NCBI GenBank assembly: GCA_965204375.1 | Contig: OZ241986.1 | Location: forward strand, 3,712,001-3,776,000 | Length of the DNA stretch: 64,000 bases | Direction: 5' to 3' | DNA from: Candidatus Latescibacterota bacterium | GTDB lineage: Bacteria; Latescibacterota; UBA2968 | Made by a program: the position numbers and the translations under genes | The notes under the pieces: generated by a model | Database searches by the model: none | What the model saw: the letters and a program-made list of their open reading frames with translations, nothing else | Told to the model about the DNA's origin: nothing | In this document: piece by piece, positions 20,226 to 29,587 of the stretch | How the letters are laid out: every line of letters begins with the position of its first letter | Position numbering within the stretch: position 1 is the first letter of the stretch

Positions 20226-23200
20226 TCAAAACTTCAGGCGTGCGCCGACCACCCAGTTGCGGGGATAGCGGCCCAGTCCCTGGTCGTAACGGTCTATATC
20301 GCCGTCCCCATACTTCAGATAGGTGCCGTTATCCGGGTCTGGCATCTGCTTCCCCCATTGTATCCAATCGAAACCGGTAGTCATGTCGGCCTTGTCGTTC
20401 CAGAGATTGCGGATCTCCAGAAAAGCGGTGGCTGTCATAGTGCCGCCAATGTAGAATTCCTTCTCCAGGTTGATATCGCTAACCAGAGAGATCGGCCCGG
20501 TCCGTCGCTCCTGGGGACCTGTCGGAGGCGTATAGTTGAAGGGAATGCCGGTATGGAGCCGGTAGAGCAACGATATCCGGAGGCTGGCCAGAGGCGCAAT
20601 GTGAAAGTCAGAGGGACTGGAAAAAAGGAATTGCCCACTGAGAATATTGCGCCGGTCAATACCGCTTTGCAGTGTCGGCGTATTGTATCGGCCGATAGTG
20701 TACGCATAAATCCCTGGCTCGAGTATCTCCACCGGAGCGTTCCAGTAGCCATCGGACAGAGGCTCGCCGATTCGGCTATCGTAATCCCTGAGTTGTGCCC
20801 TGGCCCTTTCGGCCAACTGCACCCGCTCCTCCTGGGTGGGCGCATGAGGGACCTCCTGGCCGTCCGCCTGCGCATCCACACCCACGAAGTATTGGTCACT
20901 CATGACGTATGAGGGTCCGACTACGTGGTAGGCTCGCCAGTTCCGAAAGCCGGAGTTATTCATATTTTTTGTCCACGCGAGATTGTACGCCACGTTGAAC
21001 GTGACCATGTTGCTGAACTGCTTTCGCAGAGAGACCTCGAACCCCCGGGACCACTTCCGACCCCGGTTGCCGGATCCCCTCGAAGAGACACCGTCGTACC
21101 CGAAAGCCGGTTCCTCCAGGCGCCAGGAGGTGGAGCCGTTGGTGATAATCCCCATCTGATCCCTATAAAAGGCGGTGACACTGGCAACGTATTCGCCAGC
21201 GAAGTTCCAGTCAAATCCGGCCTCGAAACTGGTTGATTTTTCCGGCTCGATGTCGGACATCCCGGAGACCGCGTGGTGGAACTGCTTCAGGCTGTTGTAC
21301 TTCTCCCTCTGATCGATCTGTCCGTTCCCGTTCACATCCCTGTCCTCTCCGGTCCCGCCGAATTCCCGCTGGTAAAAATTCTGGATATCGGGAAATTGCC
21401 GGAAGACGCCAGTGAAGAACCGGATCGTGGAGCGATCGGTGATGGGATGAGAGACCCCAATCCGGGGACTCCAGGCGTGCAAAATCGGGAGGTCTTCGGT
21501 CACGGGCATGTTTCGAAAGCGCGTCAGGGATTCGTAGTGTCTGAACATCCAGAGCGTGGCGATATTGCGCCAGCCTTTTACCGGGTCCATCGCGTCGAAC
21601 CGGATACCGGCGTTGATCACCAGGCCCTCAAATTCCATCTTGTCCTGGATATAAACTCCGTACTGGATGGGATGAGCCCGCTCCATACCGATGATCGGGT
21701 CGCCCGAACCGCCGGCAAGGCGGATCGTAAAAGCACGGGCCTGGCGGGAGCCTTCCTCGTGGTGATAGAGGCCATAGCGGGTGATCTCAAACCCGGTTTT
21801 GACAAAGTGTCCCTTGGTGATCTGGCTGCTCAGATCGGCTTTGAGGCGCACCCGCTTGTTGTCCATATACTTAAAGGAATAGATGTCCCTCGGCAGAAAG
21901 TACCCCTTGCTGTCGCGCCGCACCCCTTCGGTAACAGGGGGCACATCGCTGGTGTCGGTCAGGGTTTGCTGCCAGTTGAGACGCACTTCATAGAAGGTCG
22001 TGGGGGATAGGGTGTGGGTAAAGAGGAGATACGCCATCCTTTCACTGAAATTCTGTTTGCCCGCTGCGGAATAATCCTCGGGCAGGAAAAGATTGCGTCC
22101 ACCCCTGGTGATACCCCGCACACCCCCGTCGGTATCTCGCAACTGCCCGGCGAAGGGATCATCGGGATCGATCCTCGTATTGGATCCTCCGATTCGCCTG
22201 CTACCTCTGGTTCCGGGATCGAAACCCTCGTAGTAGGCGAAAACCCCGCCCAACTTCACCTTGAAGTTGGGGGACGGCCGGGTGACAAAATTGCCGAAGG
22301 TCTGGATGTTAAACGGCTCGCGGTTGAGCGCGCTGGGATAGATAGGGGCCTTGCGACTGTGGGCCGCATTCACAAAGAAGGAGACATCCTTAGCGATCGG
22401 TCCAGAGGCCGAACCCTCCAAATAGTGCCCGAACACGCCCGTGTAATCGGTGCGTTCATGCACTTTGCGCCCGGTCTCAGGATCGGTCTCATTCGCAAAG
22501 GCCGGGTCACTCCAATCCACCTTGCCTGCGTGGAAGGGATGATCGTAGATATTCGGTCCCCAGTGCCTCTTGGCAGGCAGATCCAGGCGGTATTCCCCAA
22601 AGCCCGTATAGGCGTCCCGGCCCTCTTTGGTGACCAGGCTGATCACGCCGGCCTGAGCGTTGCCGTACTCGGCCTCCATCCCACCGGTAACCACCTGCAC
22701 CTCCTGCAGGGCACTTTTGTTGATGCCCATCCAGGTGGGGGCGACAAATCCGTCGTTGTTGACGAGCCGAACCCCGTCAATTTCCACAAAGGTATCGTTT
22801 GAGCCCGCCATAGACGCATTGTTGCTGCCCCGAATCCGGAGGTTGCCGTCCAGCGACACGCCCGGCTGTAGCGCGATCACCTCATCAAGGGTGCGCGCAA
22901 GGGGCACATTCTCAATGTCCTCGGCATCGACGACATAACGGCTGAAGGTCCGGTCCGGCTCCACTGGTGGTCGCTCGGCAATCACCACCAGCTCTTCGGC
23001 CTGTAGCGCGGCCTCCACCAGGTTAAAATCGACGGTGGTAGTGAAGTCCGCACGCACGACCACATCCTGTTTGGTCGCCGCGGTATAACCGACCATCGAG
23101 GCTTCAAGTTTATACCTGCCAGGTTCGACCGACAGGATGAGAAAATAGCCCTCTGCATCGGTCGTAGCACCCCTGCGGGTGCCCTGGATCACCACGTTCG

Positions 23201-23339
23201 CCCCGGGCAGTGGCGCGCCTGAGGCGTCGGCCACAACACCATTGAGTTTGCCGACCGTCCCGGCAGGCACGTTTGCGGGCGAGAAGGCGACCAGCACCCC
23301 AATGAGAAACGGGCAAACCAAATAATAAAGGTATTTCAT
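20226..23339 (-). CDS. TonB-dependent receptor with N-terminal carboxypeptidase-regulatory-like domain
   Basis: GKLNGVVAD..GAPLPGANV, plug LQPGV..IRG, TGGMEAEYGNAQAGVI, YIQDKMEFEGLVINAGIRFD, SPRIGVSHPI, C-terminal Phe. Confidence 0.92.
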   Translation of the reverse strand: MKYLYYLVCPFLIGVLVAFSPANVPAGTVGKLNGVVADASGAPLPGANVVIQGTRRGATTDAEGYFLILSVEPGRYKLEASMVGYTAATKQDVVVRADFTTTVDFNLVEAALQAEELVVIAERPPVEPDRTFSRYVVDAEDIENVPLARTLDEVIALQPGVSLDGNLRIRGSNNASMAGSNDTFVEIDGVRLVNNDGFVAPTWMGINKSALQEVQVVTGGMEAEYGNAQAGVISLVTKEGRDAYTGFGEYRLDLPAKRHWGPNIYDHPFHAGKVDWSDPAFANETDPETGRKVHERTDYTGVFGHYLEGSASGPIAKDVSFFVNAAHSRKAPIYPSALNREPFNIQTFGNFVTRPSPNFKVKLGGVFAYYEGFDPGTRGSRRIGGSNTRIDPDDPFAGQLRDTDGGVRGITRGGRNLFLPEDYSAAGKQNFSERMAYLLFTHTLSPTTFYEVRLNWQQTLTDTSDVPPVTEGVRRDSKGYFLPRDIYSFKYMDNKRVRLKADLSSQITKGHFVKTGFEITRYGLYHHEEGSRQARAFTIRLAGGSGDPIIGMERAHPIQYGVYIQDKMEFEGLVINAGIRFDAMDPVKGWRNIATLWMFRHYESLTRFRNMPVTEDLPILHAWSPRIGVSHPITDRSTIRFFTGVFRQFPDIQNFYQREFGGTGEDRDVNGNGQIDQREKYNSLKQFHHAVSGMSDIEPEKSTSFEAGFDWNFAGEYVASVTAFYRDQMGIITNGSTSWRLEEPAFGYDGVSSRGSGNRGRKWSRGFEVSLRKQFSNMVTFNVAYNLAWTKNMNNSGFRNWRAYHVVGPSYVMSDQYFVGVDAQADGQEVPHAPTQEERVQLAERARAQLRDYDSRIGEPLSDGYWNAPVEILEPGIYAYTIGRYNTPTLQSGIDRRNILSGQFLFSSPSDFHIAPLASLRISLLYRLHTGIPFNYTPPTGPQERRTGPISLVSDINLEKEFYIGGTMTATAFLEIRNLWNDKADMTTGFDWIQWGKQMPDPDNGTYLKYGDGDIDRYDQGLGRYPRNWVVGARLKF

Positions 23340-23388
23340 AGAAAAAACTCCTTATCGCGTAAAGTCGTGATACATTACAGGATACGGG

Positions 23389-24102
23389 CTACTGCTGGGT
23401 ATAGAACTTGAACCGCACACCGACGTTGAGCTTCTGGAAAGGGAAGACCTCTTCCAATCCCCAGGCCTCCAGCGGACGCACACTACCCAACACGACGTTA
23501 TACTGCCCTCTCAAGTCGATGGTCAGAGATTGGGAGGTGAAAAACTGCACGCCCAACCCAACATTGAGCCCCAGCGTCATGTGCTGGTCAATCGTAGGCT
23601 CCAGCAGCAGATTCTCGTCCAGAGGCGGCGCGGGCTGACCGGGCCAGATCAGGCCACTGACCTCGTTCTTATATTTAAAATACCCCGTACCCACCACCAG
23701 GTAAGGCGCCCTACCCCCGCCTTCTGCCAGCTTCCTGCCCCCCTGATTGAAATGATACAGCCAGCTAATCGTCCCGCCCATCCAGGTCATCTTCGAACTG
23801 GCCTGTGGGCTGCCATACTCCTGCTTGTCGATCGACCAGAGAAATTTCCGGTTCTCCAGTTCCCCGCCACTGTATTTGACGTAGTGTCCCTCCACTTCGG
23901 CGGTCCACTGCTCGTTGAGGACATAGAGCACCGTCCCACCGAGATTGACACCACCGGAGGGAAACCATTCGTTTAATTTGAAGGTCGGCAGATCGTAGCT
24001 GGCAGCGACGCCAAAGCCCCACGTTCCACCAACTTGCGCAGCGACGCCAAAGGGCCAAGACAGCAGCAAGATCCCCGCTAAGAGCAACATCCTATATCTC
24101 AT
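23389..24102 (-). CDS. Outer-membrane beta-barrel protein (OmpA/OmpW-like)
   Basis: Signal peptide, APYLVVGTG, GLNVGLGVQFF, LNVGVRFKF; AGGAGG RBS before ATG 24102. Confidence 0.8.
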   Translation of the reverse strand: MRYRMLLLAGILLLSWPFGVAAQVGGTWGFGVAASYDLPTFKLNEWFPSGGVNLGGTVLYVLNEQWTAEVEGHYVKYSGGELENRKFLWSIDKQEYGSPQASSKMTWMGGTISWLYHFNQGGRKLAEGGGRAPYLVVGTGYFKYKNEVSGLIWPGQPAPPLDENLLLEPTIDQHMTLGLNVGLGVQFFTSQSLTIDLRGQYNVVLGSVRPLEAWGLEEVFPFQKLNVGVRFKFYTQQ

Positions 24103-24210
24103 AATTCCTCCTTTTTTGAGACCTTCAATCTCCTTGAAAACCACCCCAAAATACTATTAAATCTTCCCGTGCTTCACCTCCTTTCAACGGGCATAAATAC
24201 AAGATTTATC

Positions 24211-24240
24211 TTGACAATAAAAGACAACCCATTTTATTTC
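24211..24240 (+). promoter_or_regulatory. Sigma70-type promoter for a candidate antisense sRNA
   Basis: TTGACA (24211-24216), then TTATTTC at 17/18-bp spacing; same layout as the promoter at 33213. Confidence 0.5.
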
Positions 24241-24245
24241 CTGAC

Positions 24246-24340
24246 CTGGATATGCGAGGAGGTGACAACGCCTCTTCACATCTTTCCAAAGCCGTTAGCT
24301 CCAGTCCCGCCAAGGTCGGTAGCTGACGGCTCTTTTTTTC
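24246..24340 (+). ncRNA. Candidate ~95-nt structured sRNA antisense to the leader of the barrel-TonB receptor operon
   Basis: Hairpin GAGGAGGTG/CGCCTCTTC, then terminator AGCCGTTAGCT/AGCTGACGGCT plus T7; the G-U pairs work only on the + strand. Confidence 0.5.
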
Positions 24341-24348
24341 TTTGAGAA

Positions 24349-24377
24349 AAGATAAACCGTAAGAATTCTTGTGTCAA
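24349..24377 (-). promoter_or_regulatory. Sigma70-type promoter of the barrel-TBDR-cargo-PorV operon
   Basis: Minus strand TTGACA-17 bp-TATCTT. Confidence 0.6.
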
Positions 24378-24418
24378 GCTATTAGTCAAAGTAAACATGT
24401 CCTTCGTCAATTTCATAT

Positions 24419-26410
24419 TCACCAACTATGCACGCTGTGCCCCTGTCCTGGGAACCAGGCAGCGTCGATGAGGAAACACCAGACGACCCCAAACGTGTAG
24501 CCAATCAGCAGACCCAAAAACAGGGGCATGGCCCGGCGGTAGAGAGCCACCCCGCCAACGCGCATCAGGATCGCCTTGCAGACCCAGGCGAAGAAGACCG
24601 GGATGACGAGGGACTTAGAGTTGTCCGAGGCGGATATGGCCAGACCGATGGGATGGATCGACCACCAGGCGAACCGATACCTCAGGAAGGTGAGCAAACC
24701 CATCAGAGCCGCGCCAATGCCAAAGAAGATCATCCGGTCCAGAGCCATTGGCCCAGGTGTCCTCATATGCGACAGGGTAGAGGAAAAGACACTCTTGGGA
24801 TTCCCTTTGTAGTAGAACGCAAAGTTGTAGGCCCCGTGGATGTATCCCAGATAAAGCGTAAGCCAGACCGAGGCGACAAGCCCGACCAATGCACCGACCA
24901 CCACCCAGAACACCAGCATGCGTCGGTTTTTCCGAATTAAGTCACCCAGCTTGACGGCCTGCGCCAGCCCCGGCGCGAACAGGCCCCGGATATAGTCGAT
25001 CAGCGAATATGAGAGAAGCATCGAGGTGAGGGTGGACCCTGTCATCACGTCGGTTCCCCGCATGTCCATCGTAAAGGCCTGTGCGGTAATGGGGGCCTGT
25101 GTGATGACCAGGCCAGTCTCGGAGACGATTCGAGCCATCCCGATGTAAATGATCCCCGTACCGGCCACGAACACCAGTGCTGTAAGGAGGTCCATGCCGG
25201 ATTGATGGATCAGAAACAGGATATACAACAGGCTCAGCAACAGGCCCAAAACCGATGTGCGGTAAGAGAGGATCTCCTGGCGATCGTCGGCTGGATAACG
25301 GGAATTGAGAGCCTTCAAAAAGACGTCCCTCAGATGGTGCCGGGCCACCCAAAGCCGCCAGAGGACCAGGCTGGCCAGCGCGCCGAAACACTGCCAGGAC
25401 TGAATCTCCTGATCTGCGGTGAAAGAGTCCGAGGGTTGTTCGGTCTGCAAGCCCATGCGGTTGATGATGTGCCCTTCCACCACGTGGATCACAAAGAAGA
25501 ACCAGACGCTGAAGAGGACCTCCAGATTAGCGAAGTAAGCAAAGCCAAGGGTGTAGAACTGCAAAGGGCGAACTCGTAGGGACGGCGAGTAGCGCGTGAA
25601 TTGAAAGTAGCCCCCGGAGGGGATAAGGGCGATATCGGGGACGGCGGGAAAGAACCAGGAGAGGGATTTCCAGAAGAAGAGTCCAAACGCCAGAAGGGCC
25701 GCGACCCAGAAGAGCTTGCTCCGCATCAAGGCCGGCCAGAGGCGCTCCGAATCGGCGTCTCTGGCCAATTCAATGGGTATGGAGACCAGCGGGTACACGA
25801 GTTTCTCGTGCTCGACCCACTGCTTTCGAAGGATGACCATCACACACGCCGTTCCAACCAGGATGGCCGCGATGAGGCTGCTCCACCACACCAGCGGGAC
25901 CAGCCAGACCGTCCAGGGAGCCTGTGCACCTGGAGGCAGCCCCTCGTAGAACATCCTCAGGGCCTCGCGGTCAGTGGGCACCATCCAGGTGCTGAGGTGG
26001 GGGTGATAGTATTCGGCCCACTGGTTTTCAGGGGTGGCAAAGTAGAACGGGGAGGTGATGATGCCCAAGAAAAAGCCGGTAATGCCGGAACCGGGGACGA
26101 CCGACCCGACAATACCTATAGCCACGACTGTCAGAAGTTCGGCGGGGGAAAAGGCAAGTCGTTGCCGATAGAGCTTGAGCAGAGGATTGAGAAATCCCAC
26201 CAGGAGGACGAAGAGGGCCAGGAGTGGAAGCTGAAAATAGGCCAGATTAAGCCGGGTGGACTTGACGACCGCTTCGGCATAGGTCACCCAGAGGTTGGTG
26301 AAGATCACAATGGAGAGCCCCAGAGCGACCGCCCGGAATGTGACCCCACGCTCCGGGAACGGACTGGCCTGCGCTTCGGGCCGTGGAGCAGCAATGACAT
26401 TCTCAGACAT
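24419..26410 (-). CDS. DUF6785/DUF6784-like polytopic membrane protein (putative transporter)
   Basis: Many TM segments; TFRAVALG, FATPENQW, RKQWVEHEKLVYPL, WWSIHPIG, GGVALYRRAMPLFLGL. Confidence 0.8.
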   Translation of the reverse strand: MSENVIAAPRPEAQASPFPERGVTFRAVALGLSIVIFTNLWVTYAEAVVKSTRLNLAYFQLPLLALFVLLVGFLNPLLKLYRQRLAFSPAELLTVVAIGIVGSVVPGSGITGFFLGIITSPFYFATPENQWAEYYHPHLSTWMVPTDREALRMFYEGLPPGAQAPWTVWLVPLVWWSSLIAAILVGTACVMVILRKQWVEHEKLVYPLVSIPIELARDADSERLWPALMRSKLFWVAALLAFGLFFWKSLSWFFPAVPDIALIPSGGYFQFTRYSPSLRVRPLQFYTLGFAYFANLEVLFSVWFFFVIHVVEGHIINRMGLQTEQPSDSFTADQEIQSWQCFGALASLVLWRLWVARHHLRDVFLKALNSRYPADDRQEILSYRTSVLGLLLSLLYILFLIHQSGMDLLTALVFVAGTGIIYIGMARIVSETGLVITQAPITAQAFTMDMRGTDVMTGSTLTSMLLSYSLIDYIRGLFAPGLAQAVKLGDLIRKNRRMLVFWVVVGALVGLVASVWLTLYLGYIHGAYNFAFYYKGNPKSVFSSTLSHMRTPGPMALDRMIFFGIGAALMGLLTFLRYRFAWWSIHPIGLAISASDNSKSLVIPVFFAWVCKAILMRVGGVALYRRAMPLFLGLLIGYTFGVVWCFLIDAAWFPGQGHSVHSW

Positions 26411-26440
26411 TATTCCTCCTTTGAGTTGGAGGCAAGTCGT

Positions 26441-26640
26441 TTATCCACGCATCACTTCGTAATCAACCGTCGCAAACGCGCCCTCCCATTCCCTTCCAAA
26501 CGCAATCACATCTTCCACGCCCTCTTTCAGCGATACCCCGACCACATTCGGCGCCACCTTTCGCACACCTGGCTTTGTCTCTCCCTCTCGATGCGGCACA
26601 ATAACCGCGAGAAATCTCGCATCGCGGCGCGGTTCGGTTG
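26441..26640 (-). pseudogene. Start-less 3' remnant of a gene, containing the right copy of the 29-bp repeat
   Basis: Reads TEPRRDARFLAVIVPHREGE...EDVIAFG...TVDYEVMRG* with no start codon. Confidence 0.6.
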
Positions 26641-26677
26641 AACTCTATTGAAGCCCTGAAGCATTCAGAATACTGCG

Positions 26678-26890
26678 TCAGATAGAGACATCGCTTTTCT
26701 CATCCATCAGCACGATGAGTTGGCGCACAACAGGTACCAGTTTGCGGGGAACCTGCATAGCGGTGTAATCTTGCTCAAAGGCGGTCTCGTCTTCAGCGAT
26801 GGTCTCTTCTTCCGTCCGGGATTCGACATGTTCGATGACCTCCTGGACGCGCTTCTGATTCCACCCATTAGGATATTTATTTTTATCCAT
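26678..26890 (-). CDS. Small acidic antitoxin-like protein
   Basis: KYPNGWNQKRVQEVIEHVESRTEEETIAEDE...MQVPRKLVPVVRQLI; GGAGG RBS. Confidence 0.6.
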   Translation of the reverse strand: MDKNKYPNGWNQKRVQEVIEHVESRTEEETIAEDETAFEQDYTAMQVPRKLVPVVRQLIVLMDEKSDVSI

Positions 26891-26943
26891 ACTTATCGCC
26901 TCCTGCGTTGGCGATGGCGGAGAGCAATTGAGTAAAAGGTGCA

Positions 26944-28392
26944 TCACAACACCGCCAATATTTTCTCCACCTTATCCTCAAAAATCATCTGCCATTCCGG
27001 CGCCAGCATACAATCGCTATCTTCTTGTGCACCACCCCGATTTTTGAGTTGCTCTGCCGTTGGCGTATAATAGATATAGCCATTTGTAACACCCGCGACA
27101 AAAGTGAACTTATGCGGGGACCTTTTCTTAATATTGAGACCAATCTCCACCGACAACTCACCCGGGAACGTAACCAGAACAAATTCCCCAACCCTCAAAC
27201 CCATCATCTCAACTTCAATTTTCCTCTCTCCAGCAGCGACATTCCGCGCCTGATGTTTTTTGAGCAAATTTAGATTGATCTGGATCCTCGTCAATTGCTC
27301 CATCGCGTAAATATTCTCAATATACCGGTCCATATTCGCTCTATTTTCGGCATCCAGCTTCTTCAAACCATCTCTCCCCATCATCTCCTCATGCAAATAA
27401 CGATGAGAATAATAAGATGGAAAATCGCGGGAAAGATTGTATTTCACATACAGAGGAATAAACGTCTTCAAATTGAGACTCGTCCCCTTCAAAGCCTGAA
27501 GCAATTGTATCTGTTCGGCCTGTAGAGATTCTATACGCTCCGCGAGATCGGCCCTCGGCAGTTCAATGGTCTCCCGGATAATCTTCAACTCCCCGCCTCC
27601 ACTACCGCGGATCTTCTTCAACCCCTGCAACGTGCTAAGACCCAGCATATTTCCCAAAATCTCGGCATCCCGAGGATTATTGACATCCTTATACAAAATC
27701 GGATTGACATCACCCCCGCAACCCTGTAAAAACAGCGCAACCGTATCCTCGCTCAAATTATCTTCAATCACCTTTGACGCAAACCCGGAAATATCCGCCG
27801 TATTTTCTCTACTCGGCACCTCCAGAATCGGATGACACGCAAAATTGAAAACAACCGCCAGCGTCTCTCCATCCTCCCGATCCAGCCGAAGAATGCCAAT
27901 CTCCGGATCGACTGGTCCGACCGAAGCGACCTCCTCATCGGGCGGAAGCGAATACGCGTGACGAACATCGGCTTCCCTTCCATTCTTCAACACAAGCCTG
28001 CGGTTCTCCATAATCCTGTCCTCGTAGCCGGTGCCAACACCTATACGTACGGGGACCATATTTTGCCACGCCTCTACGACCGCCCGTACCGTGCGCTGTT
28101 CCACATCTACACAAACCCTGCCATGACAATGACTGGCATTGATCAGAATATGCGAAGGATCGAGATTCAACTCCCTATTCAACTGCGAACGCACATTGGC
28201 GAGAAACTCATTTCTGATAGAACCGATCTCAGCTATAGCCACCGCATCTACAGTCACAATAACAGCAGTTTCAGCCCCAGACCTCAGCGCCAGAGCTTTG
28301 ACATAAAGGGGATCATTAGCCAGTCCCGCGTCTGGATCGGTTATAACCACCTTTGCAACACCCGCCAGGAGATTTCGCGAAATCGTTTCCAT
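26944..28392 (-). CDS. Neutral/alkaline ceramidase-like amidohydrolase
   Basis: AGVAKVVIT, DPLYVKALAL, INASHCH, NFACHP, FLQGCGGDVNP, PGELSVEIG, NGYIYYTPT. Confidence 0.8.
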   Translation of the reverse strand: METISRNLLAGVAKVVITDPDAGLANDPLYVKALALRSGAETAVIVTVDAVAIAEIGSIRNEFLANVRSQLNRELNLDPSHILINASHCHGRVCVDVEQRTVRAVVEAWQNMVPVRIGVGTGYEDRIMENRRLVLKNGREADVRHAYSLPPDEEVASVGPVDPEIGILRLDREDGETLAVVFNFACHPILEVPSRENTADISGFASKVIEDNLSEDTVALFLQGCGGDVNPILYKDVNNPRDAEILGNMLGLSTLQGLKKIRGSGGGELKIIRETIELPRADLAERIESLQAEQIQLLQALKGTSLNLKTFIPLYVKYNLSRDFPSYYSHRYLHEEMMGRDGLKKLDAENRANMDRYIENIYAMEQLTRIQINLNLLKKHQARNVAAGERKIEVEMMGLRVGEFVLVTFPGELSVEIGLNIKKRSPHKFTFVAGVTNGYIYYTPTAEQLKNRGGAQEDSDCMLAPEWQMIFEDKVEKILAVL

Positions 28393-28399
28393 ACCTTAC

Positions 28400-29533
28400 T
28401 TAAAGTCCCAGATCTCTCTGATTGTAATTTTTCAAAACACTCTCCCGCGTATCTTCATTCCACCGATTGGCATCCTCCTCCCCAATCAAAGGCTGATAAA
28501 CATAGCGGGATTCATCTGGAAATCGCTGCTGCCGCGCGTCAATCCCCAAAGCGATCAAACGAGAACGCTCATAGATACGCGCCTCGTCGTAAATCACCTC
28601 CTCATCCCCGCGCCTCACCCGCGCATTCAGAACAGAAGACCGGCGGTGAAAACCAAAATTGATCGTCATCCGCTTATCCGGCGACGTATTGGCAAAAGAA
28701 GCGTGCAGAGCCTGGCGATTGGACATAACCACATCGCCGGGTTCACACACCATGGGAACCGCCCCCGGCAAACGGTCAGAACCATTGTTATCCGCAATCA
28801 TCGCTTTAATATCCAGCTTGCCCTGCTTGTGCGACCCGGGAACCACCCACACCCCATTGGCCGCAGTACTACCGAAAAGCTGAGCCATAAAATTAAACCC
28901 ATGCGTACCCTCATCCCAATCGGGCCTATCCCACTGCGTGGTGCCATCCTGATGCCAGGCCACCGATGCCCCCAACCCCGGCTGCTTGACAATAACAGAC
29001 TCTGTAAACGGCGTAAAATCCGGCCCATTGATCTGCTCTGCAACAGACAGCAGTTGGGGATGTCCGTAAAGCCGCAAACAAGAATCCATAATTTGCAAAG
29101 GGGCAGCGATATTGGAAATCACATAATCCGGCGCATCGGCCGGAGGCTCTGGCTCCGTCATCCTGGCTGGATGCCGCCCATTATTGCTCGACGTACCCCC
29201 CACGGGATCGCTCAGCGGTTTGACAAAGCGAAAAGGCTGCCGCGCCAAATCCGCCCCAAGTGCTTTGCGGCCCATTGAATCAACCAGCGCGTCTTTAGTA
29301 TGCGGTGCCCGCTCAAACGCATGCGCCAGATCCGCATGCAAATTCTCGAGTTCCTCATCGCCCAGCGCACCCTCAAACACATAAAAACCCACGCGCCAAT
29401 ACGCCTCTACAATATCCTCATCCAGCGTACCGTCCGCATTAAATTTGATAGCACCGCGATTCCCAAGCGCGAACGCCATCTCCTCGCCCTCTCGGACATA
29501 AGCATCCATAGTATTTTCTACCGTGGTCTTCAT
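28400..29533 (-). CDS. PhyH family dioxygenase
   Basis: SVAWHQDG, NGVWVVPGSH, LHASFAN, RMTINFGF. Confidence 0.88.
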   Translation of the reverse strand: MKTTVENTMDAYVREGEEMAFALGNRGAIKFNADGTLDEDIVEAYWRVGFYVFEGALGDEELENLHADLAHAFERAPHTKDALVDSMGRKALGADLARQPFRFVKPLSDPVGGTSSNNGRHPARMTEPEPPADAPDYVISNIAAPLQIMDSCLRLYGHPQLLSVAEQINGPDFTPFTESVIVKQPGLGASVAWHQDGTTQWDRPDWDEGTHGFNFMAQLFGSTAANGVWVVPGSHKQGKLDIKAMIADNNGSDRLPGAVPMVCEPGDVVMSNRQALHASFANTSPDKRMTINFGFHRRSSVLNARVRRGDEEVIYDEARIYERSRLIALGIDARQQRFPDESRYVYQPLIGEEDANRWNEDTRESVLKNYNQRDLGL

Positions 29534-29546
29534 TTTATTCTCCTTT

Positions 29547-29581
29547 TTACACTTCTCACTTCACACTTCTCACTTCACATT
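29547..29581. repeat. 7-bp-period tandem repeat (CACTTCW)n
   Basis: ACACTTCTCACTTCACACTTCTCACTTCACA directly after the stop of the upstream minus-strand gene. Confidence 0.75.
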
Positions 29582-29587
29582 TCCCCT

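Noticed and set aside
24246-24340. tRNA or a named riboswitch
   Set aside because: No cloverleaf or T-loop, and no aptamer consensus I can recognise; kept only as a candidate sRNA
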